Below are positions 42,453-51,402 of a stretch of DNA of 64,000 nucleotides, piece by piece (position 1 is the stretch's first letter; each line of letters begins with the position of its first letter). Origin of the DNA: an uncultured bacterium (GTDB lineage Bacteria > Patescibacteriota > Saccharimonadia > UBA4664 > SCTI01); assembly GCA_963721685.1 (NCBI GenBank), contig CAVRJJ010000005.1, forward strand, positions 103,943-167,942, given 5' to 3'. The position numbers and the translations under genes were made by a program. The notes below the pieces were generated by a model. That model did no database searches, was not told where the DNA came from, and was given only the letters and a program-made list of their open reading frames with translations.

Positions 42453-43064
42453 CTAGCAGCCGAGTGGCTTCAGTGCCGCTTCCGGCAGCGTATCCACGAG
42501 GTCTGCGAGGTGGCCCAGGTTGACCGGCTCCCTCAGCTGGTTGAAAGGACAGATCAGGACGAGCCCGATCTCGGTCTGCCGGTAGATGCACTCGTAGCAG
42601 ACCAGCCCATGGAACATGGCCAGCATCGCTGCGAGTTGCAGCATGGTGCCCACGTTGAAATCGGAGGTCGCGTACCTGCAGTTGTCCGTGAGTCCACCGA
42701 CGGTGACCAGCATCTCGTTGAGATCGAGGAACCCGCCGGAAACGTGCCTGTAGAGCAGCATGCTCCCGGAGCGAGGAACGCAGACGATCGCGTCCCCGAC
42801 CATCGGAGGCGAGACCACGGCGCGCGGCACGGTGTAGTCAGCTTGAACTCGCACCCGTGGCTGATGCCGCCGGGTGTGGTTCCTCATCAGCGTCAGGATG
42901 CCGACGGAGCCGAGCAAGGCGATCGTGGAGCCGAGGGGCATCCACTTCGGACCCTCGACCCAGCCACTGAGGTAGGCGGAGGTAATGATCGCGGACAAAC
43001 CTACGGCGATCAAAAAGAACGGCCACATGGGGCCGGTGTACGAAACCCTACTTGAAATCGACAT
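42453..43064 (-). CDS. GC-rich orphan membrane protein
   Basis: GGAGG SD; two N-terminal TM helices; promoter TTGCTA-17-TATTAT. Confidence 0.7.
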   Translation of the reverse strand: MSISSRVSYTGPMWPFFLIAVGLSAIITSAYLSGWVEGPKWMPLGSTIALLGSVGILTLMRNHTRRHQPRVRVQADYTVPRAVVSPPMVGDAIVCVPRSGSMLLYRHVSGGFLDLNEMLVTVGGLTDNCRYATSDFNVGTMLQLAAMLAMFHGLVCYECIYRQTEIGLVLICPFNQLREPVNLGHLADLVDTLPEAALKPLGC

Positions 43065-43258
43065 TGATGCTATCCTCCAGGTTGGGGTAGGCCCTATCGC
43101 TAGGGGGCTGACATCAGTCAACACATTGCAGATAATAATACCATATTTATACTAATATAGCAAATTTTGATATTTGAAATAAGCATAAGTCCTATGGTGC
43201 AGCACACTGGCTGAGGTTAGAACCATTTTATTATCGTATGGCGTAGGTTGGAGCCCAA

Positions 43259-43630
43259 CTAAGACTTTTTTATCCTGAGCGGGTTAACTAATTTGAGCCC
43301 CTCAATATGCTGAAAATCATCCTTATTTGCAGTCCATAGCGCAACATCATGCTCAAGAACCGTAGCCGCTATGATCGAGTCACCTAAGCTCATGCGTCTG
43401 GCCTGGCGGAGTTTAATTGCTCGATCAACGATTGCGTCAGTAAGCGCAAGGCTATACGACTCCCCAAAGAGAGCATCAAGCAGTAGCAGCTCATTGGCAG
43501 GAATTCGGGCGTAGCCAAGCGCTTCAATTTTTGTGATGCTGGCGTGAGCTATGTCAGTTTCTGCAATAACATGGCGATCGAGCGTACCGTTTGAAAGATA
43601 AATAAATATATTGGTGTCGAGAATGATCAC
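43259..43630 (-). CDS. vapC: VapC/PIN-domain toxin
   Basis: IILDTNIFIY, IEALG, GDSIIAATVL, LWTANKDDF. Confidence 0.9.
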   Translation of the reverse strand: MIILDTNIFIYLSNGTLDRHVIAETDIAHASITKIEALGYARIPANELLLLDALFGESYSLALTDAIVDRAIKLRQARRMSLGDSIIAATVLEHDVALWTANKDDFQHIEGLKLVNPLRIKKS

Positions 43631-43635
43631 CAGAA

Positions 43636-43899
43636 TTACTCTCTTCCTGGTAGAGAACGATCCGCACGATTCGTGCGCTGCCATGCAGCCGGGTCATGTA
43701 TGTCTGTATAAGCTCCAATTTCTTGCAGTTGCTTCAGTAGTTCTTGTATCCGCTTTCGATCCTGTATTGATTCCGAAGTTGGTAATGCAATAATGGCTTT
43801 TTGCCCTAACTCCAACTGCGCGTCCTCTACGTACTTTTTCGGTACGCGAAGGGCATAGGAATTACCAGTTTTAATAACGGTTGCAGTGTAATTACGCAT
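43636..43899 (-). CDS. AbrB/MazE-type antitoxin
   Basis: VIKTGNSYALRVPK; C-terminal DPAAWQR; upstream of the PIN gene. Confidence 0.85.
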   Translation of the reverse strand: MRNYTATVIKTGNSYALRVPKKYVEDAQLELGQKAIIALPTSESIQDRKRIQELLKQLQEIGAYTDIHDPAAWQRTNRADRSLPGRE

Positions 43900-44051
43900 T
43901 GTAACTACAATTATACTTACAACGCTATAAGCGTCAAGTCACATTTTGTACTGATAATGGAAAATAAGCATAAGCCCTATGGTGCAGCACGTTGGCTGAA
44001 GTTAGAACCATTTTATGTGGTTAACCTGATGGGTGTTGACGAAATTGATGG

Positions 44052-44273
44052 TTACGCCCAAAACTCTTGGGCACCAAGGTTCGACTGCTGTATAATATTC
44101 CTCAAAGTACCGGGTAAGATATCCCGACTGTGGAATGGAACCACAACGATAGCTTTAGTATCTGGGCGATGATAAATGCGGTGACTGCCGGTTTGGCGTT
44201 TCAGCAGAAATCCTTTACCAAGCAGCACTTTCTCGAGTTCTTTTGGCGTGTACGAGCGGCTCTGCTTCGGCAT
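44052..44273 (-). CDS. hicA: HicA toxin
   Basis: GFLLKRQTGSHRIY, VVPFH, GTLRNII. Confidence 0.92.
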   Translation of the reverse strand: MPKQSRSYTPKELEKVLLGKGFLLKRQTGSHRIYHRPDTKAIVVVPFHSRDILPGTLRNIIQQSNLGAQEFWA

Positions 44274-44286
44274 ACTTGAGTACTAC

Positions 44287-44550
44287 TTACAGCCTAGCCG
44301 GAGAGCCAAAAGCAATTTTCCTGGTCGTGATGTAGTAGTCATCTGCATCTGGCCGAGGTAATGGTTCCCCAAGTTCAACCAGCGTTTCCAGGTAAAGTTT
44401 GATGGCTTGCTCCATGTTGGTGACAGCTGTATCAATTGTTGCACCAAAATCGGACAAACCTAAAGAGGGTGCATAGGCTACATAGACAGTTTTGCCATCC
44501 TGCTGCTCTTGCTCGACGATAATTCTATAGTTAGATACTGTAGTTTTCAT
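44287..44550 (-). CDS. hicB: HicB antitoxin
   Basis: YVAYAPSLGLSDFGATIDTAVTNMEQAIKLYLE. Confidence 0.9.
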   Translation of the reverse strand: MKTTVSNYRIIVEQEQQDGKTVYVAYAPSLGLSDFGATIDTAVTNMEQAIKLYLETLVELGEPLPRPDADDYYITTRKIAFGSPARL

Positions 44551-44818
44551 ATGACCAATTATATCATGTTCACCGACGCAATTATCTGTTGAAGTTGGCA
44601 GTCTCCACAGAAAGAATAAGCATAAGCTTAATGGTGCGACACACTGGCTGCGGTTAGAACCTTTTATTATCGTATAGCAAATCATATCAGGCAAATGGGA
44701 TTGGAAGAAATTAGAACTTTCAATGGTGGAAGCCTATAGATTTTCGAGCTTTTGCCTAGACGTGCAGGCGCCCCGCTGGGCGAGGTGCCTGCGGGGCGCT
44801 AGTTGGACCTCTTGCTCT

Positions 44819-45355
44819 TTATGCGAACCCAGGTTCGGGAACGACGCTCGAGGAGCCGGGACGGCCGGTGACACGCATCTCGCGCATCCCCTTCCGTGCG
44901 CCCTCAAGCCACAGCCACTCGTTCGTTCCACCGTGGACGCAGATCAGGTGCCCGTGCTCGGGACATCCGAGGAGGTTGAGGGACTCGTGATCGATCCAGT
45001 CAACGTTCTCCATGCAGGTCGGGCAGACGATCTGGAGGTTGACCCACCCCTGCTTCCTGGTTGGGTTGTAGGTGACCTCAACCAGGTTGCCGGGACCGTG
45101 AACCTGCATGTAGCCCCGGGGAAGGGTCGTGGTGTAGCCACGCACCTCCCAGGGAGCCAGACTCGGGTACTTGGGCTTGTCAATGCCCTTGACCTCGAGA
45201 TGGATGTCACCTCCGCATGCCAGGGGGAAGCAGAGGTTGCGCAAGCCATGCGCTCCCGCCGGATGCTGATCGAAGAGGTTCAGGACGAAGTCCCACTTGG
45301 ACGGTCCCTTGCCGGTTTCCAGCGAAATGGGCAGAATGTAAGCCAATTGACTCAC
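44819..45355 (-). CDS. GC-rich orphan protein with possible Zn-binding C-terminus
   Basis: GPSKWDFVLNLF; CPTC..CPEHG..CVH; promoter TGGACT-17-TATAAT; start uncertain. Confidence 0.65.
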   Translation of the reverse strand: MSQLAYILPISLETGKGPSKWDFVLNLFDQHPAGAHGLRNLCFPLACGGDIHLEVKGIDKPKYPSLAPWEVRGYTTTLPRGYMQVHGPGNLVEVTYNPTRKQGWVNLQIVCPTCMENVDWIDHESLNLLGCPEHGHLICVHGGTNEWLWLEGARKGMREMRVTGRPGSSSVVPEPGFA

Positions 45356-45718
45356 CCTTCTATGGTTCGTACCTCGAGAGTGCGAGGAAACACGTTGCGC
45401 CGAAGCACCACCTAAGCCAGTTGACCCAGGAATAGGGAATATTATATCATGTATGTCTTAATAAGTCCAGGATTAAGATTGTAAAAAAGCATAAGCCCTA
45501 TGGTGCAGCACGCTGGCTGAGGTTAGAAGCATTTTAGTGTCGTATAGTGGTGCGGTAGCGGCAAATGGATAGTCCAGCCCGGATGAAAAGAACCTAAACG
45601 CGTTAAAGCCCCACTGGGCTTACATGTGTAGCTCCCAATGGGGCTGTTTGGACAGGCAGGTGGCGTAATATGCCATTTGAACTCGCCAACTGCGAGCCTG
45701 CCTTACTGAAGACGACGG

Positions 45719-46105
45719 TTACTTCCGTGCCCCGATGTGGTGCAGACGCTCTTTCTTGAGCTCCTGGATGCCCAAGTCGGTGTCCCAGATCCTGCTCAGC
45801 AGGGTGTGAAGGACGCTGTCGGCGAAGGCCACGAAGGAGTCCCACGACATATCGTCGTAGGGGGTCTTCACGGTCCAGGTGATGCCCTCTGCCTCCAGCT
45901 GAATCAGAACCATCATCGCAGCGCCATCGGTGGGAGTGATCTCCTCGATGGCCTTGTGGATGGCCTTGTCGAGGTCGTCCACGTTCCATGCTTCGGGGGT
46001 GGCGTGATCGGCGTTGTACCACGCGAAGGCGCGGATGCCGAGGAGTTCGAGAGTCTGGGACTCCCTGAGCTTGTCAATGGGGTCGGGATCGCATGTGAGC
46101 GACAT
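45719..46105 (-). CDS. GC-rich orphan protein (128 aa)
   Basis: GGAG SD; high GC3; promoter TTGACT-17-TATTAT. Confidence 0.7.
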   Translation of the reverse strand: MSLTCDPDPIDKLRESQTLELLGIRAFAWYNADHATPEAWNVDDLDKAIHKAIEEITPTDGAAMMVLIQLEAEGITWTVKTPYDDMSWDSFVAFADSVLHTLLSRIWDTDLGIQELKKERLHHIGARK

Positions 46106-46247
46106 CTGATCTCCAGAGGTTCGAAAGGGTTGCTTGACCTTCAGCGTCAACAATAATAACATATAGAGCATGATAAGTCAATGGCAGATTATGTGCGACG
46201 GTCATCGTCGAGGTATGAATAGGATGAAAGAATAAGCATAAGTGCTA

Positions 46248-46324
46248 TGGTGCGCCCGGCAGGATTCGAACCTGCGACCTCCAGTACCGCAAACTGACGC
46301 TCTATCCAGCTGAGCTACGGGCGC
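46248..46324 (-). tRNA. tRNA-Arg(GCG)
   Basis: GCGCCCG acceptor; TCAGT-TTGCGGT-ACTGG anticodon arm; CCA. Confidence 0.94.
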
Positions 46325-46376
46325 ATGTGGGCTTAAGACTTCAAGAGATTATCATAATTTCAGGTCGGGCGGAAGG

Positions 46377-46931
46377 TCAAAACCTTACGTAGCGCGTTAA
46401 CTTTTCCACGAAATCCGGCTCGCGGTCGAGACGAGGTAAATGCTGGGCCAGGACTTCTTCAATATGATTAAAGTCTTCTTCTTCACACAAAACAGTAAGC
46501 CGTTGGGAAAAGCGCTTGGCCGGTTCAAAATCAATTTCCCGCCACCCCACTTGAGGGTGCAGGCTATAAGATTTAAATAGTCGGTAGTCATGCAGTTTAT
46601 CGTTAATATGAATGCCTTGTTCGTCCACCGCGTATTCCAACGTACGCGGGTCCTTCCGCGAATAAACAATTACTGCAAACGTCATTACTGCCACTAAGGC
46701 GGTTCCGGTCCATTGTCGAAACCATGCCAACCCGGCCGCTAGGATTGTTGCGATTACAAGCAGCCCGACATACCAAGCTGCCGACTTGGAATGGGCCACA
46801 TACTCTGAAGCCTCCCACGCGAAACCATCTATCTGATCGTCAGGCGCGGTGTCTTGCTCCAAAATCCGCTGCTCTAAATCGGAAGAGGGGAGTGGAGGTG
46901 TTTCTTGGACTGGCTGCTGCTGAGGGTCCAT
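46377..46931 (-). CDS. conserved two-TM membrane protein
   Basis: WEASEY..H.KSAAWY, TM pair, C-terminal D..EKL..Y.RF; a pattern I recall from CPR genomes. Confidence 0.75.
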   Translation of the reverse strand: MDPQQQPVQETPPLPSSDLEQRILEQDTAPDDQIDGFAWEASEYVAHSKSAAWYVGLLVIATILAAGLAWFRQWTGTALVAVMTFAVIVYSRKDPRTLEYAVDEQGIHINDKLHDYRLFKSYSLHPQVGWREIDFEPAKRFSQRLTVLCEEEDFNHIEEVLAQHLPRLDREPDFVEKLTRYVRF

Positions 46932-47036
46932 TTAAAATCCTTACGCTTTTATTATGCCTGAGGCTGGTGCTGAAAACAATCGGTTGAAGCAATTGCCTGA
47001 AGCGGCGGGAGACTGTTATGCTGAGATGTGGCGTCT

Positions 47037-47126
47037 GGAGGGGTGTCCGAGTGGTTGAAGGAACCGGTCTTGAAAACCGGCAGGGTTGCAAGATCCTCGT
47101 GGGTTCGAATCCCACCCCCTCCGCCA
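47037..47126 (+). tRNA. tRNA-Ser(TGA)
   Basis: CCGGT-CTTGAAA-ACCGG, long variable arm, CCA. Confidence 0.96.
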
Positions 47127-47242
47127 GCAATTGTGATAGTCTCGATCTTTTTTAGACGCAAGCCGGAAGTAGGCACAGCCGCATGTCAACTCATTGATTC
47201 AGCCCCTGCTCTCCTGTATGCTTTCATACTGTAACCGCCTAT

Positions 47243-47335
47243 GGAGAGGTACCCAAGTGGCTGAAGGGGCGGGTTTGCTAAACCTGTAGGGGGATGTAAG
47301 TCCCCGCGAGAGTTCGAATCTCTCCCTCTCCGCCA
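47243..47335 (+). tRNA. tRNA-Ser(GCT)
   Basis: CGGGT-TTGCTAA-ACCTG, long variable arm, CCA. Confidence 0.95.
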
Positions 47336-47343
47336 GCACTAAT

Positions 47344-47949
47344 TTAATCCCGGGCAGCCACCGCCCCATAAGCTACTGTGGCGCCCGCTGCCCGCAGCAC
47401 TTGAGCGCACTCACTGAGCGTGGCTCCTGTTGTTAAAACGTCATCAATAAGCAGCACCCGTATTTCCTGCAAATTGCCCTTAGCGCCGAACGCGCCTTTA
47501 ATATGCTCGGCACGCTGGCGCCGCGACTTTCCAACTTGCTGGTTAGCGCGGGCACGGTATAGCAAGCGGCGATAGGGGAGTAGTAACTCACGAGCTAACT
47601 GTTTGGCAATAAGTTCCGCTTGGTTGTAACCTCGCTGACGAAAACGCGAAGTTACCACCGGAACTGCCGTCACCGCGTCTAACTCAAAACGCTTAGGCTC
47701 AAAATAGGGGAGAAGGGCATGAGCAAAAATGGTTGCCGCTTCACGCTGATGCTTGTACTTTAAACGCTTAACAAGTTCGCGCAGCGTTGTTTGGTAAGGC
47801 CCGGCAGCCACGATTTCTGGCACACCAGGGCATGATGCCTGGACCAGCTGAAAAACATCTTCCCAGCAGTTCTGGCAAACCAGGCTTCCTTCATAGTCGC
47901 AGCGCGCACAACATGGCGGCGCCAACAACCTTGCAAGTTGCTGTAGCAT
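47344..47949 (-). CDS. comF: ComF family phosphoribosyltransferase
   Basis: CARC..CQNC, RGYNQAELIA, LLIDDVLTTGATL. Confidence 0.92.
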   Translation of the reverse strand: MLQQLARLLAPPCCARCDYEGSLVCQNCWEDVFQLVQASCPGVPEIVAAGPYQTTLRELVKRLKYKHQREAATIFAHALLPYFEPKRFELDAVTAVPVVTSRFRQRGYNQAELIAKQLARELLLPYRRLLYRARANQQVGKSRRQRAEHIKGAFGAKGNLQEIRVLLIDDVLTTGATLSECAQVLRAAGATVAYGAVAARD

Positions 47950-48127
47950 AGACTCCTTTCATCCTGTTAGTATAGATAGAGATTATTACCATATTCTTAA
48001 GCCTTCACCATCAGCGCATCATACCTGTATTGCTTTTGCCTTTCAGGTGTGGAATAATCAGGCAAAAGGCCGATGTCGGTGAGCAGCATTACGCCTGGTA
48101 AGGTAGGAGTTTTAAGGAGACAAAAGC

Positions 48128-48559
48128 GTGGCACGAAAGAACCCAACCAACGACGAAACCATATTAGAGAATGAGTTTCTAAATGATGAAGAAGCCGGGC
48201 AAAACTGGCTGGAAGAAGAGCAGGAAGTAGAAGGCCAATTAGCGGTAGACGTATTCCAAACGAAAGAAAGCGTGGTTATTAAGGCTCCAATTGCCGGAGT
48301 TGACCCTAAGCAGCTGGAAGTAGCCATTGCTGAAGATGTGGTAACCATCCGCGGTGAGCGGGTTGACGACTCGGTTGTTGAACGCGAGAACTACTATGTG
48401 CAGGAATGCTACTGGGGGGCCTTTAGCCGCTCAATCATTATGCCGGTAAGCGTCAATGCCGATAAGGCTGAAGCGAGCTTAAAGAACGGTGTGCTCAGCA
48501 TCAGCATTCCTAAAGTCATTCAAGATAAGATTAAGAAAATCAAAGTTATCGCCGGCTAA
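48128..48559 (+). CDS. Hsp20/alpha-crystallin small heat-shock protein
   Basis: GQLAVDVFQT, ECYWGAFSRSI, ASLKNGVLSISIPK. Confidence 0.93.
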   Translation: MARKNPTNDETILENEFLNDEEAGQNWLEEEQEVEGQLAVDVFQTKESVVIKAPIAGVDPKQLEVAIAEDVVTIRGERVDDSVVERENYYVQECYWGAFSRSIIMPVSVNADKAEASLKNGVLSISIPKVIQDKIKKIKVIAG

Positions 48560-48570
48560 ACCGACAACCA

Positions 48571-48603
48571 TAAAAAAAGACCCTTTCGAGGGTCTTTTTT
48601 TAT
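48571..48603. terminator. bidirectional intrinsic terminator
   Basis: TAAAAAAAGACCCT-TTCG-AGGGTCTTTTTTAT between convergent genes. Confidence 0.9.
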
Positions 48604-48620
48604 TGGCTTAAGTAGCCGAT

Positions 48621-49046
48621 TTATTCGCCGGCACCGGGAGCAAGCGACGAAGTAACGAAGTTTACTATGGCGTAGGCCAAAATCGCGACGATAATGCCAA
48701 TCACCGAATAGAGAATGGTATCTTTGGCTGAAGAAACATGTTCTTTATTACCCTGGGAAATAACGTAGCGCAAGCCACCGATAATCAACATGATAACGGC
48801 CACGGCACCCACTAGGAAAATGAGAATGTTGGCAATGGTGTGGAAGATACCACCGGCGCCAAACAAGTCGCCGCTGGTGCCTTTTGCTTGGGAACATTGG
48901 GCTCCGGCGTTAATAGGGTTCTCGGCAGAAGCCGGATCACTGCAGGTCTCTCCGGTAGTTTCACCGGCCAAGATCGCTGAGGGCAGAAAGCCGGCGGCAA
49001 CAATGCTGACCTTGAGCACCCTGTCGTTTAGAAGTAGTTTATTCAC
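48621..49046 (-). CDS. VirB2/TrbC-like pilin
   Basis: GAVAVIMLIIGGLRYVISQGN...AKDTILYSVIGI. Confidence 0.85.
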   Translation of the reverse strand: MNKLLLNDRVLKVSIVAAGFLPSAILAGETTGETCSDPASAENPINAGAQCSQAKGTSGDLFGAGGIFHTIANILIFLVGAVAVIMLIIGGLRYVISQGNKEHVSSAKDTILYSVIGIIVAILAYAIVNFVTSSLAPGAGE

Positions 49047-49119
49047 AATTTAATTTCCTTTTAAGTTGTTACGCTTATTTTGGTGCAATATTATCATAGT
49101 TTAATCCAGATGGCTACCA

Positions 49120-49494
49120 TCAAGGCTCGCGGGGCGGCGGGGGAGCCAAAGCTCCGGATACAAAATTAACGATCGCGTAGGCTAAAATCGCGACCACAAT
49201 CCCAATAATGCTATACAGCAGGGTGTCTTTAGCGGACTTAACTTGGGCCGCGTCGCCTTGGGAAATAACGTAACGCAATCCGCCAATGATCAGCATGATC
49301 ACGGCCACGGCACCCACCAGGAAAATAAGCAGGTTCGCGATTTGGGAAAAACTTCCCTGTAGGTCGCCCGAAACGCCAGCGGGTTTTGCATCCCTGGCAC
49401 CTTCGTCAATTTTTGTTACCGCCAGGGCCGATTGCGAGAGGGAAAGGCAAAAAAGCCCGGCCAAGAGTATTTTTTGCTTATACCGATTAATCAT
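49120..49494 (-). CDS. VirB2/TrbC-like pilin
   Basis: GGLRYVISQGD...AKDTLLYSIIG; AAAGGAGG SD before ATG 49494. Confidence 0.85.
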   Translation of the reverse strand: MINRYKQKILLAGLFCLSLSQSALAVTKIDEGARDAKPAGVSGDLQGSFSQIANLLIFLVGAVAVIMLIIGGLRYVISQGDAAQVKSAKDTLLYSIIGIVVAILAYAIVNFVSGALAPPPPREP

Positions 49495-49507
49495 TAATCC
49501 TCCTTTA

Positions 49508-49906
49508 TTACCCAACATTTTGACTCACAAACCGGACAATCGCGTAAGCCAAAACCACGACAATCAAACCGATAACGGCGTAAAGCAGCGTGTCTTTGGC
49601 GGCTTTAATCCTAGCCGCGTCGCCGGTTGAAGTAACGTAGCGAATGCCCGCTAAAATAATAATTATTACGGCAATGGCTCCGGCTACCAGCAGCAAGGTA
49701 TTGGTCACGTCTCCAAGAAAACCATTGTCACCGGTAAGTTCCTTTTGCCCGGTAATGTTGCATTTGCCATTAACAATGGTGCCGCCGGCTCCTTTGCACA
49801 GATTAATTTCTGTGGTTGTTGGAGGTGGAGGCGGCGGAGCTCCTGCAAAGGAAGCCCGCGACACGCCAAGCCAAAGCCCTGCCAGCAATAGCCCAATCCG
49901 TTGCAT
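49508..49906 (-). CDS. VirB2/TrbC-like pilin
   Basis: AGIRYVTSTGD...AKDTLLYAVIG. Confidence 0.85.
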   Translation of the reverse strand: MQRIGLLLAGLWLGVSRASFAGAPPPPPPTTTEINLCKGAGGTIVNGKCNITGQKELTGDNGFLGDVTNTLLLVAGAIAVIIIILAGIRYVTSTGDAARIKAAKDTLLYAVIGLIVVVLAYAIVRFVSQNVG

Positions 49907-50265
49907 TAAGCTATCTTCCCCACTACGAAGCCCACAATGGCCCGCGCCAAAATCACCACGATCAACCCGATAACCGCATAAAGGATGGTGTCTTTAGCGG
50001 CTTGGATGCGTTTGGCATCCCCCGTTGAGGTTATATAACGGATGCCGCCCATGATTAAAATCAGAACCGCGATGGCGCCCACCACAATGAATAGCGTATC
50101 TATTACCACATTGAGCTTTGTTGTAAGGGCGGTATCGCTGCAGGCCGCCGAACCCGCCACCGCTTTCAGCCCCTCGCATTGCTGGCTAGCGGCAAGGGCG
50201 CCTTGCGGGACAATCATAAGAATAAAAAGTCCGAGCCGCGTAAGTTTTTGCCGAATTGCTAACAC
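49906..50265 (-). CDS. VirB2/TrbC-like pilin
   Basis: GGIRYITSTGD...AKDTILYAVIG. Confidence 0.85.
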   Translation of the reverse strand: MLAIRQKLTRLGLFILMIVPQGALAASQQCEGLKAVAGSAACSDTALTTKLNVVIDTLFIVVGAIAVLILIMGGIRYITSTGDAKRIQAAKDTILYAVIGLIVVILARAIVGFVVGKIA

Positions 50266-50266
50266 C

Positions 50267-50677
50267 CTAGCCTCCTGCCGCGTGAATAATAAATGCCGAA
50301 ATCGGTACTGCCAGAAAGGTGACGATCAACCCGATAATAGCATAGAGCAGGGTATTCTTAGCGCTTTCTATACGAGTGGGGTCACCGGTTGAAGTGATAT
50401 AACGCACACCTCCCATAATGACAAAGATGAAGGAAACAATGCCAGCCGCGAACAAGAAAATATTTAAGAACACTTGGAAGTAGGTGAGCCCATCAGGGTC
50501 GCCATTGCTATCAAGCTTTTGGCCATCCGCGTCGCAGCCGCTCATGGCGGGAAGGGCGTCGCAAGCTTTCCCCACAATAGACGATGGCTTGCTGGCTGCC
50601 ACGGCAGGGGAGCTAGCGAAAATAAAACCACTTACCAACACTGTAAGAATAAGCATAAGATGTTTCATTGATTGCAT
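50267..50677 (-). CDS. VirB2/TrbC-like pilin
   Basis: GGVRYITSTGD...AKNTLLYAIIG. Confidence 0.85.
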   Translation of the reverse strand: MQSMKHLMLILTVLVSGFIFASSPAVAASKPSSIVGKACDALPAMSGCDADGQKLDSNGDPDGLTYFQVFLNIFLFAAGIVSFIFVIMGGVRYITSTGDPTRIESAKNTLLYAIIGLIVTFLAVPISAFIIHAAGG

Positions 50678-50710
50678 TGTAACTAAAACACCAGATAGGT
50701 GTCAAAAAGG

Positions 50711-51088
50711 CTAAGGGCTTTTAGCAATAATAAACCCAACAATAAAAGGAGCGAGCACCGACAGCAAAAGGCCAATCGAAGCGTAGATTAGCGTTTGTTT
50801 GGCTCCCTCAACCCGTTGGGCATTGCCGCTGGAAGCCGCGTAGCGTATGCCACCCAGGACCAGGAAAATTACCGACAGCACACCGGCAATCAGCGAAAGG
50901 GTATTAATAGCCCCCTTAGCTATATCGCTTGCCTTTACATTGGGAACATCAAGTTCGCTGGGGTCGTTGGCCAAACACCCGCTGGGGGGGCACTTAGCGT
51001 CGGGATCGGGAGCATCGGCAAAAGCCATTCCTCCCGCCAAAGTCAGGGAAACAAAGCCGCACATAAGCATAATAAAAAAGCGTTTCAT
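50711..51088 (-). CDS. VirB2/TrbC-like pilin
   Basis: GGIRYAASSGN...AKQTLIYASIG. Confidence 0.85.
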   Translation of the reverse strand: MKRFFIMLMCGFVSLTLAGGMAFADAPDPDAKCPPSGCLANDPSELDVPNVKASDIAKGAINTLSLIAGVLSVIFLVLGGIRYAASSGNAQRVEGAKQTLIYASIGLLLSVLAPFIVGFIIAKSP

Positions 51089-51402
51089 TCCAAACCTCTG
51101 GCGAGGAACTCAATTATTAAATAGGCTCCGGCGGATAACATAATTCCCACTACCGCGTGAATAAGTCCGGTTTTAGCCGCGGCGGTTTTGGCCGGTTCGC
51201 CCTGCGAAACAATGTAGAGAATACTGGCATAAATCACATAAATAACCGCCAAAATACCTATCAGCATGAGGAGGATTTCAACAACATTTGCTAAAATAAT
51301 GACGATTTGCTTAATACTGGTGAACTTAAGCTCCCCGGAACCATCCCGAGGGATGCCTTTATAGAGGTTGGGAAAGATATCGGCTAAGAGATGGGTATAC
51401 AT
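51085..51402 (-). CDS. VirB2/TrbC-like pilin
   Basis: ASILYIVSQGE...AKTGLIHAVVG. Confidence 0.8.
   Translation of the reverse strand: MYTHLLADIFPNLYKGIPRDGSGELKFTSIKQIVIILANVVEILLMLIGILAVIYVIYASILYIVSQGEPAKTAAAKTGLIHAVVGIMLSAGAYLIIEFLARGLE

Larger units (their letters stand above)
42298..46253 (-). mobile_element. tandem cassette island anchored at the tRNA-Arg 3' end
   Basis: Repeat AATAAGCATAAG-N5-TGGTGC-AGCACRCTGGCTGAGGTTAGAACC at 43178, 43963, 44615 and 45484; degenerate copy at 42298; left half joined to tRNA-Arg at 46231. Confidence 0.8.

Noticed and set aside
42298-46253. Canonical integron attC array or CRISPR
   Set aside because: TTCTAAC only approximates RYYYAAC, there is no matching GTTRRRY or attC hairpin, and no intI. 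The spacers are whole genes and the repeat derives from the tRNA end.
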